A stretch of 64,000 nucleotides of DNA, from positions 11,493,691 through 11,557,690 of the forward strand of contig NC_069007.1 in the NCBI RefSeq assembly GCF_001194135.2, read 5' to 3'. The translations under genes and the position numbers were made by a program. This document shows positions 1 through 12,200 of the stretch, one piece after another. Numbering within the stretch: the stretch's first letter is position 1; each line of letters opens with the position of its first letter. Source of the DNA: Octopus bimaculoides. Taxonomy: Eukaryota. The notes under the pieces are model-generated. The model searched no databases. It was not told the DNA's origin and saw only the letters and a program-made list of their open reading frames with translations.

Positions 1-83
1 ATATATATATATGTATATATATATAAATATATATATATGTGTGTGTGTATGTATATATATATGTGTGTGTGTGTATATATATA

Positions 84-132
<49 letters not shown>

Positions 133-230
133 ATGTATATGTGTGTGTATGTATATGTGTGTGTGTGTATACATACATATATATATATATATACATATAC
201 CAATTATATATATATATATATATCTATATA
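1..230. repeat. (TA)n/(TG)n compound microsatellite
   Basis: Alternating TA/TG dinucleotide runs; explains the YI/CV ORFs at 11-346. Confidence 0.95.
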
Positions 231-983
231 TGCAAGAACAAGAAACTAATTATGCATTTATTTGGTTTAGCAAATCCCATGCTATTTTAGGAATCATGCA
301 GTTTACCTTAAATCATGAATATTCTGCCACATATGTCCCTCTTTGAATTAGAATTCACACTAACACTGATGATATTCATGTTTATGCAACACTCCCCTAT
401 CTGAAACCTAATCTAAAGGATTTTATGCTCCTTGTATAGCTTGCAGGGAATTTCCTAACTCCGTTCTCCCAAAGTGCACTGAAACAACCAAGTGGACACC
501 ATCATTTTACATTTTACAGGCCACTAACGTCTGCTATACACTGAATGTTTAATAAAATATTGCTTTATTGTTCACCAAATCAATTTCTCTTAGAAACTTT
601 ACTGCTGAAACATCTTGGCCATTCCTAACCTGAAAATTAATCTGAAAAATTAACTCCTGATGCAATTTGTTTAATTTCTGATTAAACATGTGAAATTTTT
701 GTATCTGGTTTACAAGATTCATTATGTGAATTTGTGTGTTGAAACAAGTTTTGTTGTGTCTGGGGAGAGTCATAATGCCTTAATATCTAATACACTCACC
801 AGTTCAATTTCCACTCATTATTTATTTTTTATGTATTTCAAACATTTTTGCTGCTTTTGCAAACTTGTCAACGGATGTTTATTCCAAAAATAAATGAGGA
901 ATGAGTAGAAATTGAACTGGTGAATGTGTTTGATATTAAGGCAGTATGACTCTCCCCAGACAACAATATTCTGAAATATCAAA

Positions 984-1378
984 ACCTCATGTACCTTGTT
1001 TATGACTAATGTAATCTGACAAATTTACACCTGATGTACCTGGATTGATTTTTAGCTACATTATCCTAGAATATTCGCACCCGATGAATCCTGTTCACTT
1101 CTTGACCAAAAAATTTATTCCTGCTGCACCTTTGCTGATTTCTCATAAAATACTCCAAGAAAAGTATTCCCGGTGCACCTCACGAGATCCTAATCAAAGA
1201 ATCTAAAACAATTCTGTCTTGATTCACCTTGTTCTATTAATAAACAACTTTTCACAGAAAACGTACTCCTGATGCACCGCCTGACCAATCTCTCCTGCTG
1301 AGTCACCTTGTTGGATTTTTAACCAAAATATCCCAGAAAATCTACACCTCATGCACTTTGGCAACTTTCTGATGCATT
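984..1378. repeat. Degenerate ~45-50 bp minisatellite with core (A)CCTGATGYACC
   Basis: Core variants at ~984 acctcatgtacc, 1029 acctgatgtacc, 1079 acccgatgaatcc, 1120 cctgctgcacc, 1169 cccggtgcacc, 1268 cctgatgcacc, 1294 cctgctgagtcacc, 1346 acctcatgcac. Confidence 0.6.
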
Positions 1379-1429
1379 TTGAAAACATTTTCGGATTTGT
1401 CTTTCAACTTATTTCTAATCTTTTTACAG

Positions 1430-2416
1430 CAGCAAAATGGAAACAGAACAGATGAGGAATCTCCTGAACAAACTTCACTTCTTTCAGTTCCCGAAGAAGA
1501 GACAACAGATGTTGTTGAAGAAGTATCACTTGATCTTCCGCCAAAGGAATATGATCAAAGAAAAGCATCAACTACATCAGGAATGAGCACTTCATCACTG
1601 TCTGAACTTATTGGGCGTTTCTTTCATAAGGGTGGCAGGCTCAAGAGTGAAAGGAATCCCACTTTGCCTGATCCAAATCTGCCTGGGACTAGTGGTGAGT
1701 CTTATAAAGATCGCATCAAAGAGGCGAGGGAATTGAGGAAACAAAACGTGAATGGCAAACAAAATCGACGACGTTCATCGCTTGCAAATTACCGGTCTTG
1801 GTGGTCTTACCTAAGAACCAGGCTGCCTGAAATAGCAGCATTAAACAATGAGCAGAACCAGAAACAGAGTGAAAAAATGACAATGAAACAGATGTATGAG
1901 AGACGGACTTCTTTGTTTAGCCACGATAAATCAAAATCGAAAAATGAATTTTTCAGACGATTCTCTCTAAACACCCCTTCCACAGAAAAAGAGCGGCATG
2001 AGGTGGCATCAACAAGCTCAACAATGAACATTCATCAAATAGTTGGCAGCTTTAAAGAGAGGTTCCATTCACATGACAATCCTTTGCATTCCAGGGCAAA
2101 ACAAAGGGAAAGACAAAGAAAGAGGAAATGCAGGGAGCACAACAAACGAAAAATGTACACCAACAATTCACAGGTAACTCGCTCCAGGTCACCTTCGTTT
2201 ACTGTACCTCAAAAGTCTTCCAAACATTCTCACAAAAGTAAGAAACGAAACCCTGCCTTCGCCAGTATTGATCAGGAAGCAGCTTATGTCAGTCTTATAA
2301 CACGACGCCGGACACTGGAACAAATGCGCAGGAGATATATGCACGATGTAGCAATGAGGAAGGAAACGGGGGGATTTGATAGTGACCCTCAGATCCCTGC
2401 AGATGTTGAACTATGA
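1430..2416 (+). CDS. 3' terminal coding exon of an unidentified gene; basic, Ser-rich, probably disordered C-terminal tail ending ...QIPADVEL
   Basis: About 330 stop-free codons in AT-rich DNA. The ORF track starts it at a TTG inside the intron. Branch-like ttctaat and tttttacag acceptor at 1427-1429 (phase 0, tandem CAGCAG). Tandem stops TGA TAA at 2414-2419. Repeated RRxSL motifs. Confidence 0.8.
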   Translation, partial: QQNGNRTDEESPEQTSLLSVPEEETTDVVEEVSLDLPPKEYDQRKASTTSGMSTSSLSELIGRFFHKGGRLKSERNPTLPDPNLPGTSGESYKDRIKEARELRKQNVNGKQNRRRSSLANYRSWWSYLRTRLPEIAALNNEQNQKQSEKMTMKQMYERRTSLFSHDKSKSKNEFFRRFSLNTPSTEKERHEVASTSSTMNIHQIVGSFKERFHSHDNPLHSRAKQRERQRKRKCREHNKRKMYTNNSQVTRSRSPSFTVPQKSSKHSHKSKKRNPAFASIDQEAAYVSLITRRRTLEQMRRRYMHDVAMRKETGGFDSDPQIPADVEL

Positions 2417-3193
2417 TAAATATTGTCTCAAGTATATAGTTAGTGGGTGCTACTGAGTCAGAACCCCTACAAAGAAAGGAGCTAGGACATATAGTCGAGT
2501 TCGATACAAATATCAGACTACACATAGCAAGGATATCCACAATATAATTATATAATGATATTGAATATTTAATAGTAACATGCTGGAGATATCTAGAGTG
2601 TAGAAAACAACTTGTTAAGGATATCGTAGAAGTGGGGGAGAGAATTTAATAATATGATGGTGATATCAACTACAGAATGCTATGAGAACACCCTACAATG
2701 CTGATATAATATGTAATTCCACAACAATAACATCATCAACAACATCAGCAACAACAACAACATCGGTATTGTAGAAAGAGATGGGTAATATGAAATGTCA
2801 TAAATTTATTATGATATCTGAAGTATGATAATGTTAGATCCAGGATGTTAGATTAAGATTGAAACAGATAACGTTATGGTGAGATCCAGCATATAGAAAC
2901 AAGATGATGTATCACAGAGTATGTTAATTCGGTAATATCATATCCAGAATGGTGCAGATTTATTGAAAATAGTGGTAAAATAGTGGAAAAAGATGGTGGT
3001 ATTGAGACTAGGGCTGAATTGTGGTGATATCCAAAATGTAATACAAATACAAGAAAGATATCCTTGATTGTATGGTATTCATGTAAAATGAGTTTCCTGT
3101 TAATATCCATAATTTAGCACTATACTGGGGATATGTTGTAAATTTTGTTACAGGGTGGTTATAATGATAATAGTATTAATAATAATAATATTA

Positions 3194-4467
3194 TTTCTAC
3201 TCTAGGCACAAGGCCTTGAAAATTTGGGAGGAAGGGGGCTAGTCGATTATGTTGACTTAGTGTGTAACTGGTACTTATTTCATCGACCCTGAAAGGATGA
3301 AAGGCAAAGTTGATGTCAGTGGCATTTGAACTCAAAACAGAAGGACAGACAAAATACCACTAGACATTTTGCCAGCATGCTAACGACTCTCCCAGCTTGC
3401 TGCCTTTAAATAATAATAATAATAATCCTTTCAACTATAGGCACAAGGCCTGAAATTTAGTGGGGAGAGAGTGAGTTGATTACATCGACCCCAGTATTTG
3501 ACCAGTACTTAATTTATTGACCCCGAAGAGATGAAGGGCAAAGTCAACCTCGGCGGAATTTGAACTCAGAATGTAGTAGCAGATGAAATACTGCTAAGCA
3601 TTTCGCCCGGTGTGTTAACGATTCTGCCAGCTCGCCGCCTTAATAATAATTATAATAATAATAATCCTTTCTACTAAAGACACAAGGCCTAAAATTTGGT
3701 GGTGNNNNNNNNNNNNNNNNNNNNNNNNNNNNNNNNNNNNNNNNNNNNNNNNNNNNNNNNNNNNNNNNNNNNNNNNNNNNNNNNNNNNNNNNNNNNNNNN
3801 NNNNNNNNNNNNNNNNNNNNNNNNNNNNNNNNNNNNNNNNNNNNNNNGCTAATCGATTACATTAACACCAGTGTTCCACTGGTACTTATTTCATCAACCC
3901 CGAAAGGAGGAAAGGCAAAGCGACCTCGGCAGAATTTGAACTCAGAGCATAAAGCAAAAAGAAATACCACTCAGCATTTTGTCCAATATGCCAATGATTC
4001 TGCAACAACAACGACGACAACAATGATGCTTTCAGATTTTGATACAATGCCAGAAATTTAATGAGAGGGGGTAAGTCAATTACATTGACCCAGTGCTCAA
4101 CTGGTACTTATTTTATTGACCCCCAAATGGATAAAAGGCAAGGCTGACCTCAGTGGAATTTGAACTCAGAACACAGAGAGCCAGAAGAAATGCCACTGAT
4201 CATTTCATCCCATGTGCTAACAATTCAGCCAGCTTATCCTTTAATAATAATAATCCTTTCTACTAAAGGCACAAGGCCTGAAATTCTGGGGGAGGGGGAC
4301 CAGTCAATTACATCGACCCCAGTATTTGACCAGTACTTAATTTATTGACCCCGAAAAGATGAAAGGCAAAGTCAACCTCGGCGGAATTTGAACTTAGAAC
4401 ATAACGGCAGACAAAATACCGCTAAGTATTTCGCCCAGCATGCTAACGATTCTGCCAGCTCACTGCC

Positions 4468-4519
<52 letters not shown>

Positions 4520-5274
4520 TGATGATGGACTATCCCATTGACAACACCATATGACCATGCAGCTTTTGCCATTTGACCTGTACAAATGATTTGTTTAAGG
4601 TGACCAAATGTCCATGCTGCACATTAGCTCACTCTCTCCATCAAATCGACATTGCCTGAACAGGTGCACGGTGTACCACGTGTCGGGTGTCAAAGTGATC
4701 GCAGAGCAGCATGAGATGGAGTGTTTTGCTCAAGAACGCAATGCACCACCCAGTCTATGAACTGAAACCACGATCTCATGATAATTCTTTCTCTTATAGG
4801 CACAAGGCCTGAAATTTTGTGGGAGGGATACAGTCGATGACATTGACCCCCAGTGCTCAACTGGTACTTATTTCATCGACCCTGAAAGGATAGAAGGCAA
4901 AGTTGACCTCGGCGGAATTTGAACTCAGAATGTAGCTGTAGACGAAATACTGCTAAGCATTTCACCTGGCATGTTAACCATTCTGCCAGCTTGCTGCTTT
5001 AAATAATAATAATAATAGTAATAATAATAATAATAATAATAAGAAGAAGAAGAAGAAGAATAACCCTTTCTACTGGAAGCACAAGGCCTAAAATTTGGAT
5101 GAAGGGTGAATCGAATACATTGACCCCAGTGCATACCTGGTACTTATTTAATTGACCCAGAAAGGATGGAAGGCAAAGTCAACCTTGGCAGAATTTGAAC
5201 TCTGAATGTAGCAGTAGATGAAATACCACTAAGCATTTAACTTGGCATGCTAATGATTCTGCCAGCTCGCTGCC
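3194..5274 (-). mobile_element. Head-to-tail array of 7 copies of tRNA-derived SINE family A (~215 bp), mostly separated by (AAT)n
   Basis: Copies at ~3194-3406, 3425-3641, 3664-4003 (gap inside), 4031-4241, 4253-4469, 4786-4999, 5063-5274. On - each starts like AAGGCGGCGAGCTGGCAGAATCGTTAGC (box A), has GAGTTCAAATTCC (box B) and the central GCCTTTCATCCTTTCGGGGTCGATAAATTAAGTACCAG. Confidence 0.9.
4527..4780 (-). mobile_element. 5'-truncated SINE family C copy
   Basis: Reverse complement contains TTGCGTTCTTGAGCAAAACACT and a body matching the copy at 15600. Confidence 0.65.
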
Positions 5275-5292
5275 ATCATCATCATCATTATC

Positions 5293-5368
<76 letters not shown>

Positions 5369-5614
5369 TGATATTAATACAGTAGTAACAGGATAAAGTT
5401 GTCTATAATTTAGTTACAATATATTTATAACCTTTTGAATGTGGTCACATGGTGGCGATACCCTGGGTATAACAACATGGAGATAACATTTCCCATTTAA
5501 TATCAGCATGATAATTATATATTGAAAAAAATAGCAATAATAACAATGTTATGATATCTTGAATTTATTGAATGATGGCTTTGCTATAGTAACTCCATCC
5601 TCAATGATTAACAT

Positions 5615-5800
5615 CGTCCTTTCAATCAGGTATGGGTTGGATAGTTTGGCAGGAACTGGTGAATGGTAGGACTGCGCTAAGCTCCAATGTCTGCTTTGCA
5701 GCTAAATTCCTGTCTTTGTGGCTAAATTCCTAAATCGCCTTCCTAATGCCAACCACTTTGCAGAGTGTACTGGGTTCTTTTTACATGTCACTGGCACTAG
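5615..5800 (-). mobile_element. Degraded RTE-LINE 3'-tail fragment (family E)
   Basis: ccttcctaatgccaaccactttgcagagtgtactggg matches 48601-48836 and the 3' end of the RTE element at 21993-23545. Confidence 0.55.
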
Positions 5801-6929
5801 TGAGGACATCAAGTAAATTGCACAACGAAATCCTTCAACTAAGAGGAGCGGGGACAGGGACTGTAATATTGAGGGATGTGGTTTTGTGATAGGTGACAGG
5901 AGGTAAGAATACGATAAGGGGATGCAGGAACAAGTGTTTTGTAGTAGAAGAGATATGTGGCTACACCAGGGATGAAGATGTACCTGGGTGTACTGTCAAG
6001 TTACAGGAAGGTGAATACAAGAAAAGTGGTCCAGAGGAAACACACACACACACACACACACACAGATAGATAAATAGATAGCTGTAATCTGCTAGTACCC
6101 TGTAACTTTTCTGATGTCCTTTTAAATTTCCCAAGTGCTTTTTACTCTCATTGGGTTTTTTTCCCTTATTTTCATTTTTATTTAAACCCTTCTCTCTTTC
6201 TCTTCTTGTTTCCTTTCCCTTCTCCCTTTTTTCTCACCTGCACCACTTACCTGCTCTGCCTGTTTTTGCTTGTTATTCACCAATTGTTTTAATTACTTTT
6301 ATGTTTCAATTTTCTTAATACTAAACTGAAACAGCATATTTTGTATTTATTTAGTCATACCCCTTATAATATTCATATTCCAACAGGTGATAACCAGAAG
6401 TCTTTTGCAAATTTTTCTAATATGCCAGTTTGATTTGGAAAACTTGAATAATAAATGCTTAATTAATTGCATAATTAAGTAGGAAACTCAGAGTAATAAT
6501 ATGTATTTTATAAAAGTTTGTATTCATTTCCACCTAGTTATTGAGTACTCTACTTGTGTCCATGTATTCAATCATTATATACTCTGCTACCACTTGTGTA
6601 CCCTTAAGAGATCATATAAGATTTGTGAAATATTAAACTACACAACATTGTAGAGCAATCTATTATATCTATTATGGATTTGTATAACTTGGTTGACTTA
6701 TCAAACACCTCTGCACCTTTTGTGTGCTGGAGAAAGAAGAGGATCTAGTTAAACACATGTGAAAGAAAGTCTCCTCCTATGACTCTGAAGTACCAAAATG
6801 TCACCACTATGATATCAAGATACAAAGGAACTATATCCTTCCTCCTCCGCAAAAAAAATTAAGGACTTACAACCCCTTGGATATGATCTTTTAGACATGA
6901 TATCTAAAGTAAAATGTTATAATCATTTT

Positions 6930-7330
6930 GGCCCCCAACTACAGTTGTTGATACTCTACAAAGTTCAGGTGGATCCTACAATGGAGTAGTTATCTCACAT
7001 CCTGATCGGTGCCGCTGCTGCATAAACAGACATCCAAGAATACATCCAGAAAAAGGTCACTTGACTCCCTGGTATAAATATGATCACAGACACTCTCCAC
7101 TTCAGGCCAGCTCACAACTGCATTGTCTCCTCTCTCTCTACCTTTTCTACCACTGTTATATTGGCCGCTGCTTCTCAGAGCTAGCTAAGCTCACACCATC
7201 TCCACTTTGGTAATCTCAGCCTGTTTTTCTCTCTTCCTCTCGTCACTCATGTCCTATCCCCCAAATCTCACACTAATTATTACTCTCAGTCCTTCCTTTC
7301 CAAAACATTGTCCCTTTGGAACTATGCAAC
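6930..7330 (+). mobile_element. CR1/L2-clade LINE ORF2 C-terminal relic
   Basis: Translations LYKVQVDPTME*LSHIL, SLYLFYHCYIGRCFSELAKL and YSQSFLSKTLSLWN match the CR1-type pattern LYKAQVRPxMEYxSHxW...SLFYRYYxGxCSxEL...SFFPRTxxLWN; stops present. Confidence 0.75.
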
Positions 7331-7554
7331 CGCCCCCCCTCCCCACAGGTGTTGACTTGTAGTGGTTTAAGTGGAACATTAATGGCATCATTTCAACAAT
7401 GTTGGACAGCCTGCAAGGGCCATGGGCATTCATCCTTCACCCAGAGCCAGTAAGCAAAAAATAAAAAATATATTTTGAGAAAAGTTTTATCAGGGTAAAT
7501 TCAAATCCATTTGATTCTTTCAGTGCATGTAAGCATGGAGGCATACAAAAATAT

Positions 7555-7930
7555 GGAAATATGTGAAATTATGGGATTATTTTCCTGAGTTGTATTAAAC
7601 AAGAGATTTACCATCATAAAATTTGCCACAGTATAGAGAGATAATGGATTTATATCTCAATATATCAACAGACATATTGAAGACACGTTCTGAACAACCT
7701 TATTGATACCTTCGATACATTCTGCCTAAAATGATCATTGCAACATATTTAACCATCATTAATTTCTTAGACATTGCTGTTGATTGAACTGCATACTTAT
7801 ACAGGATCCTGAACAAACTTAACAAAAAACTTACTTTAAGATAGGCACTTGTTCTCAATTAACTGTTTTGAAAAAACCTAATCAGTGACATTATCAGGAG
7901 TATATTTAATTTGTCATTCAATATCTTAAT
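7555..7930 (+). mobile_element. Decayed Penelope-like (PLE) reverse transcriptase fragment
   Basis: tat aga [ga] gat aat gga ttt approximates YRDDG(L/F) at ~7632-7651; TIINFLDIAVD (FLDV/I motif) at ~7752-7784; KNLISDIIRSIFNLSFN at 7872. Order and spacing fit PLE RT; frameshifts and stops present. Confidence 0.55.
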
Positions 7931-8949
7931 AATGCGGAACTTAAACAAAGTTCTCAAAGATTTTGACTAAATCCCCCCCACTTGTCACCCCAAAACTAAG
8001 AAGTGGTTCAGAAAAATTATCTAGTTTACACCAATTTTCTAGTTAAATCTTAAATATTGACATGAACTTTTTAACCTCGATCCGTAAGTATTTTCAGATT
8101 AACTATAAATGCAGGAAATTATTCAGTAGGAATAAGCTTAAATTAAGTTACAGTTGCACTACTTGTTTGAAGAGTGACCCAAATCAATTGAGGCAATGGC
8201 ACATGTAGAAGTATCAACAGATATTCACTTAATGAGTTTTGTAATACTGAGGTAGTTATAGATGAAGCAGAAGTCAACTACACATTACCAATCTTTGAAG
8301 TATTTCACAAAACTACATACATATGAGAGAAGGAAAGTTCAAATAAAGATACATTTTAATCATACTTTCTCAATTACACACTTTATAACAGAAATTTAAA
8401 GAAATTGTCTGTTTTTATTTGGCAATTGAGAAAAACTGCAGCTTCAGCATCAAGTGGAAGATTATCAAAAACAAAAACCAATGTGAGTGAAAGATGTGAC
8501 CAATGTGCAGCTGAAAAGAGCCACTTCAAAAAAAAAAAAAACCCACCATAGTTCTGCCAACATTTAAAACAGAATACCTACGTGTTTTTCAGAATTTCAG
8601 TACTTTAACAAACATTTAATGAAGCTATGGAATTTCTTCCGCCAACTGACTTATCATCCCCATCCTTCCCTACAGAGCTGGGTTGATTTTACCCTTTCCA
8701 TTACAACACCATTAAGCCCACCATAAATTTACATTTGATAATTGATATATGTCTGTGTGTTATATATATCATTTTCTATTAAGCCTTGTGTTCCTTATAA
8801 TACTCATATCCTGGCAAGCAGCTACTGGATATTTTTGTGTTCTTTTGAATATTGATTCAAGTAAAAAAAATTTGGAGTAACAATACATAGTCAGTATCAG
8901 ATTGTATTTTCTCTTTCTTTCTTTTTTTCTTTTTTCATCTGTCTGTGTG

Positions 8950-8989
<40 letters not shown>

Positions 8990-9051
8990 CAACAATAGTT
9001 CCTATATCCCAAAATGAAGCACACACTAAAGCATTAGAGCAATAATATATT

Positions 9052-9190
9052 TTTTAGAAAGTTAAATGCTACAGCCGATCATAGAGCGACCATTGGTTTC
9101 ACACCTATAAAGCGCTTTTCTGTTAAGTGGTTTACTGGTGTGAAACCAATGGTTGCTCTATGACCAGCCATAGCATTTAATTTCTTAAAA
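9052..9190. repeat. ~139-bp foldback inverted repeat (hairpin or MITE-like)
   Basis: 9061-9105 vs reverse complement of 9137-9181: 39/45 identical, all 6 differences transitions; 31-nt loop. Confidence 0.9.
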
Positions 9191-9204
9191 AGAATAAGTA
9201 TGTA

Positions 9205-9268
<64 letters not shown>

Positions 9269-12200
9269 TATATAGCTTACCAGCAGCCAGTTGCATGCCA
9301 GAGTTTCAAGGAAATTGGATACAGTGATATCTTGTAGACAGTTGCTTCCACAACAGCAACAAAATCTTATTGAAAATTACTTTGTTTAAATTCCTGAATA
9401 CAAGCACAGAAGTAGCTACTTATACAAGATGTGTGTGTGAATAAATGTCTGTATATGTGTGCATGTGTATGTGTATGTAGATGGGTATGTATATTTATAT
9501 ATATGTGTATATATATGCTATGGAGGGTATCCAACCACAGAAAATATGTCCAAAGTGGAATTTATGGACAATATATGCCAGTCACATGGCACCAGCTTCC
9601 TGTCAGGATGAGATATGGTGTCAGAGGAAGGGAAGTAAAACCAAATATGACCTAACCCAAAGGTGTGTGTGTATGGAGGGGGGCTTTGTAATCCTTTTTG
9701 CATGGTACAACCCCAGTTCCTGTCAGTGAGACAGTAAAATGGTGTGGCTTCACCCTGTAAGAGCATATCATAAGAAGGTCAGGTGGCTTTTTTTTCTGTT
9801 GTTGTGTAAGATGACACAGACTGTGACATACTGTCTAACAACTTTCGTCAGCATAAAGAGAAAATACTAACGATGATGACAATAATGATGATGATGATGT
9901 TGATGACGATGACGATCACAATGGTGATTAATATTATTAATTCCAAGCTGTAGAATATGTCAGCTCATCCAGTACCATCATATCCTAGGAGTTGATAAGA
10001 AAGATTTTGCAGAATGCTAAATTAAGACAAGATGGTCGTAGCAATAGTGGTGGTGATGGTGGTGGTGGTAGCGGTGGTGGTGGTTGTGGTGCTGGTGGTG
10101 GCGGAAGCAGTTGTGGTGACAGCAGCAGTAGTCATGGTGGTAGTGATGGTGATGACGTGGGGGTTTCATTCAGTTGAACAATGACGGAACCCTGAATAAG
10201 CTGGCAAATAATCAAGAATATTGTAAATATCAGGGTTAGGATACCCTGAACGTAATAATATGGTGTTGATATTCAGGGTATATATGATATGCTGTTGACA
10301 GTGAGAGTGTATATATAATCTGGTGTTGATAATGAGGGTACTGCAAAATGAGGAAAAGGATATCTTCATTGTAAGAATATATTTACAATATTTCAAATAT
10401 TATTACCTTAAATGTTGTTATTCAGAATACATTGATAACAAAATTTCCTATGCATATATATGTATGTATATATGCATGTATATATATATATGTCTCTCTG
10501 TCTGTGTTTGTGTGTGTGTATATATGTATATAGATGTATATACATATATATATGTATGTGTGTGTATGTATGTGTATATATATGTATGTATATATACACA
10601 CACACACACACATATATATATACATATCCATATGCATACATAAACACATGCTTCCATGCATATACTCTCTCTCTCTCTTTCTCCATCTGTCTCTCTTTCC
10701 CCCGTCTCTCTCTCTCCCTCTCTCTTTCTCTCTGTGTTTCACTCTTTCATATAAATGCTCCTACACATGTATTTATTTACTCATGCACACGCAAAAAGCC
10801 GTGAATTATTAGATATATCGAAGTATATGGTTGATAAAGTGACGTGATATCATGGCAAATTATAGATTGATATCTTATTTATGACATATGGTGGCCGTGG
10901 ATCCATAATTTGTCTGAAATATTACTGCCTGAAACCCATGATCTGAAATAGTTTATCTAACGACCGCTATATCTTCATGACTTCGCTTGCCATATACCAC
11001 ATATAGTCCTTGTACACATCACTGAAATCCTGTGATGGATATTCATTGGATATTGAATCGATAATGTGATATCTCTGTGATATAAATGTATGTCTTAGGT
11101 GTGTGGGTGGTGTCTGTATGTGTGTATGAGTTTTGTAAACCTATGGGTCTTGGAGGTTCTCTCTGTGTAAAACATTATCAATGTGGAATGTACCAGTTAA
11201 GTTAATCGAGTGGGGACTTAGCTTAGATTTTCAAAACCATATGGATCTATATAGCCTTCCAGCGTTTAATTTCTGCTTGCCATAAGGTTATGTGTTGTGT
11301 TATTGTTATTATTTAACCCAAGGTCAGCCAGTCCTTAATGAGAGGATTTATGTCCATAAGGCAATCCAACTATGTTTACCCTGTCTTTCTTCCAAATCAC
11401 AAACATCCATTAAGCAAGCACTCATTTCCCGGTTTTTCTAAGATTATGTTGAGTTACTGATATTATTTAACCCCAAGTTAGCCAAGCCATGATCATCTTG
11501 TCTTTTTCCAAACTACACAAATCAATACTTTCCAGGATTCATTTATTTAACCCTAGGTCAACCTGTCTTGACTGAGTAAACCTGTGTCCATAAGACATTC
11601 CATCCATGACTATCCTGTCTCTCTTTCAACAAGCCAGCTTCCAAGTCAGCCAACTCTGACTAGAATACTATGATCAAAAGCATCCCAACCATGGCCATTC
11701 CATTCGTCCCTCAAGCATTTATAACTACATTATCCTCCCTCTCTTTCCTAGATAATTTGATGTAATTTAAGCAAGTCATGGCTGCTATTTCTTGTAGATC
11801 TAGCTAACACATAGACACCTCTTTATTGACACACCATTATGTTTACAATACCTGGGTTTACCAAGAAATCCATCAATTAAGTCCTAATATCAAAACTGGT
11901 CAAACCACGACCATCTCATTTTCCTTGTGTATCTGGGACTACATTATGCAATGTGCCCTTTCCCCTAGATGTGATTTATAACAGTTCTAGTTACTGTAAC
12001 TAGGCAGTTGAACAACTAAACAGAAACTCCTCCTTAGTTTGTAGATACCTACATCCTGTAGATTACCCAAGTGATTTACACACATATTTTACAGTGGAAT
12101 GCTTGATCTTGCATTGGGCCAATAAAAATCAATATTCAAATAGCAACAACAATTAACAATGCAAACCTGGCCATCAGAGATTTAATGAAAACTGACACAA

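Noticed and set aside
11-346. YI/CV/HT-rich ORFs here and at 10.4, 24.4, 26, 36, 46.6 and 54 kb
   Set aside because: Translations of (TA)n/(TG)n microsatellites.
3194-5274. CRISPR-like repeat-spacer array
   Set aside because: Units are ~215-bp diverged SINEs with microsatellite linkers in eukaryotic DNA; no cas genes.
8440-8620. RCDQC...-like piggyBac transposase Cys-rich remnant
   Set aside because: Too degraded to support without a profile search.
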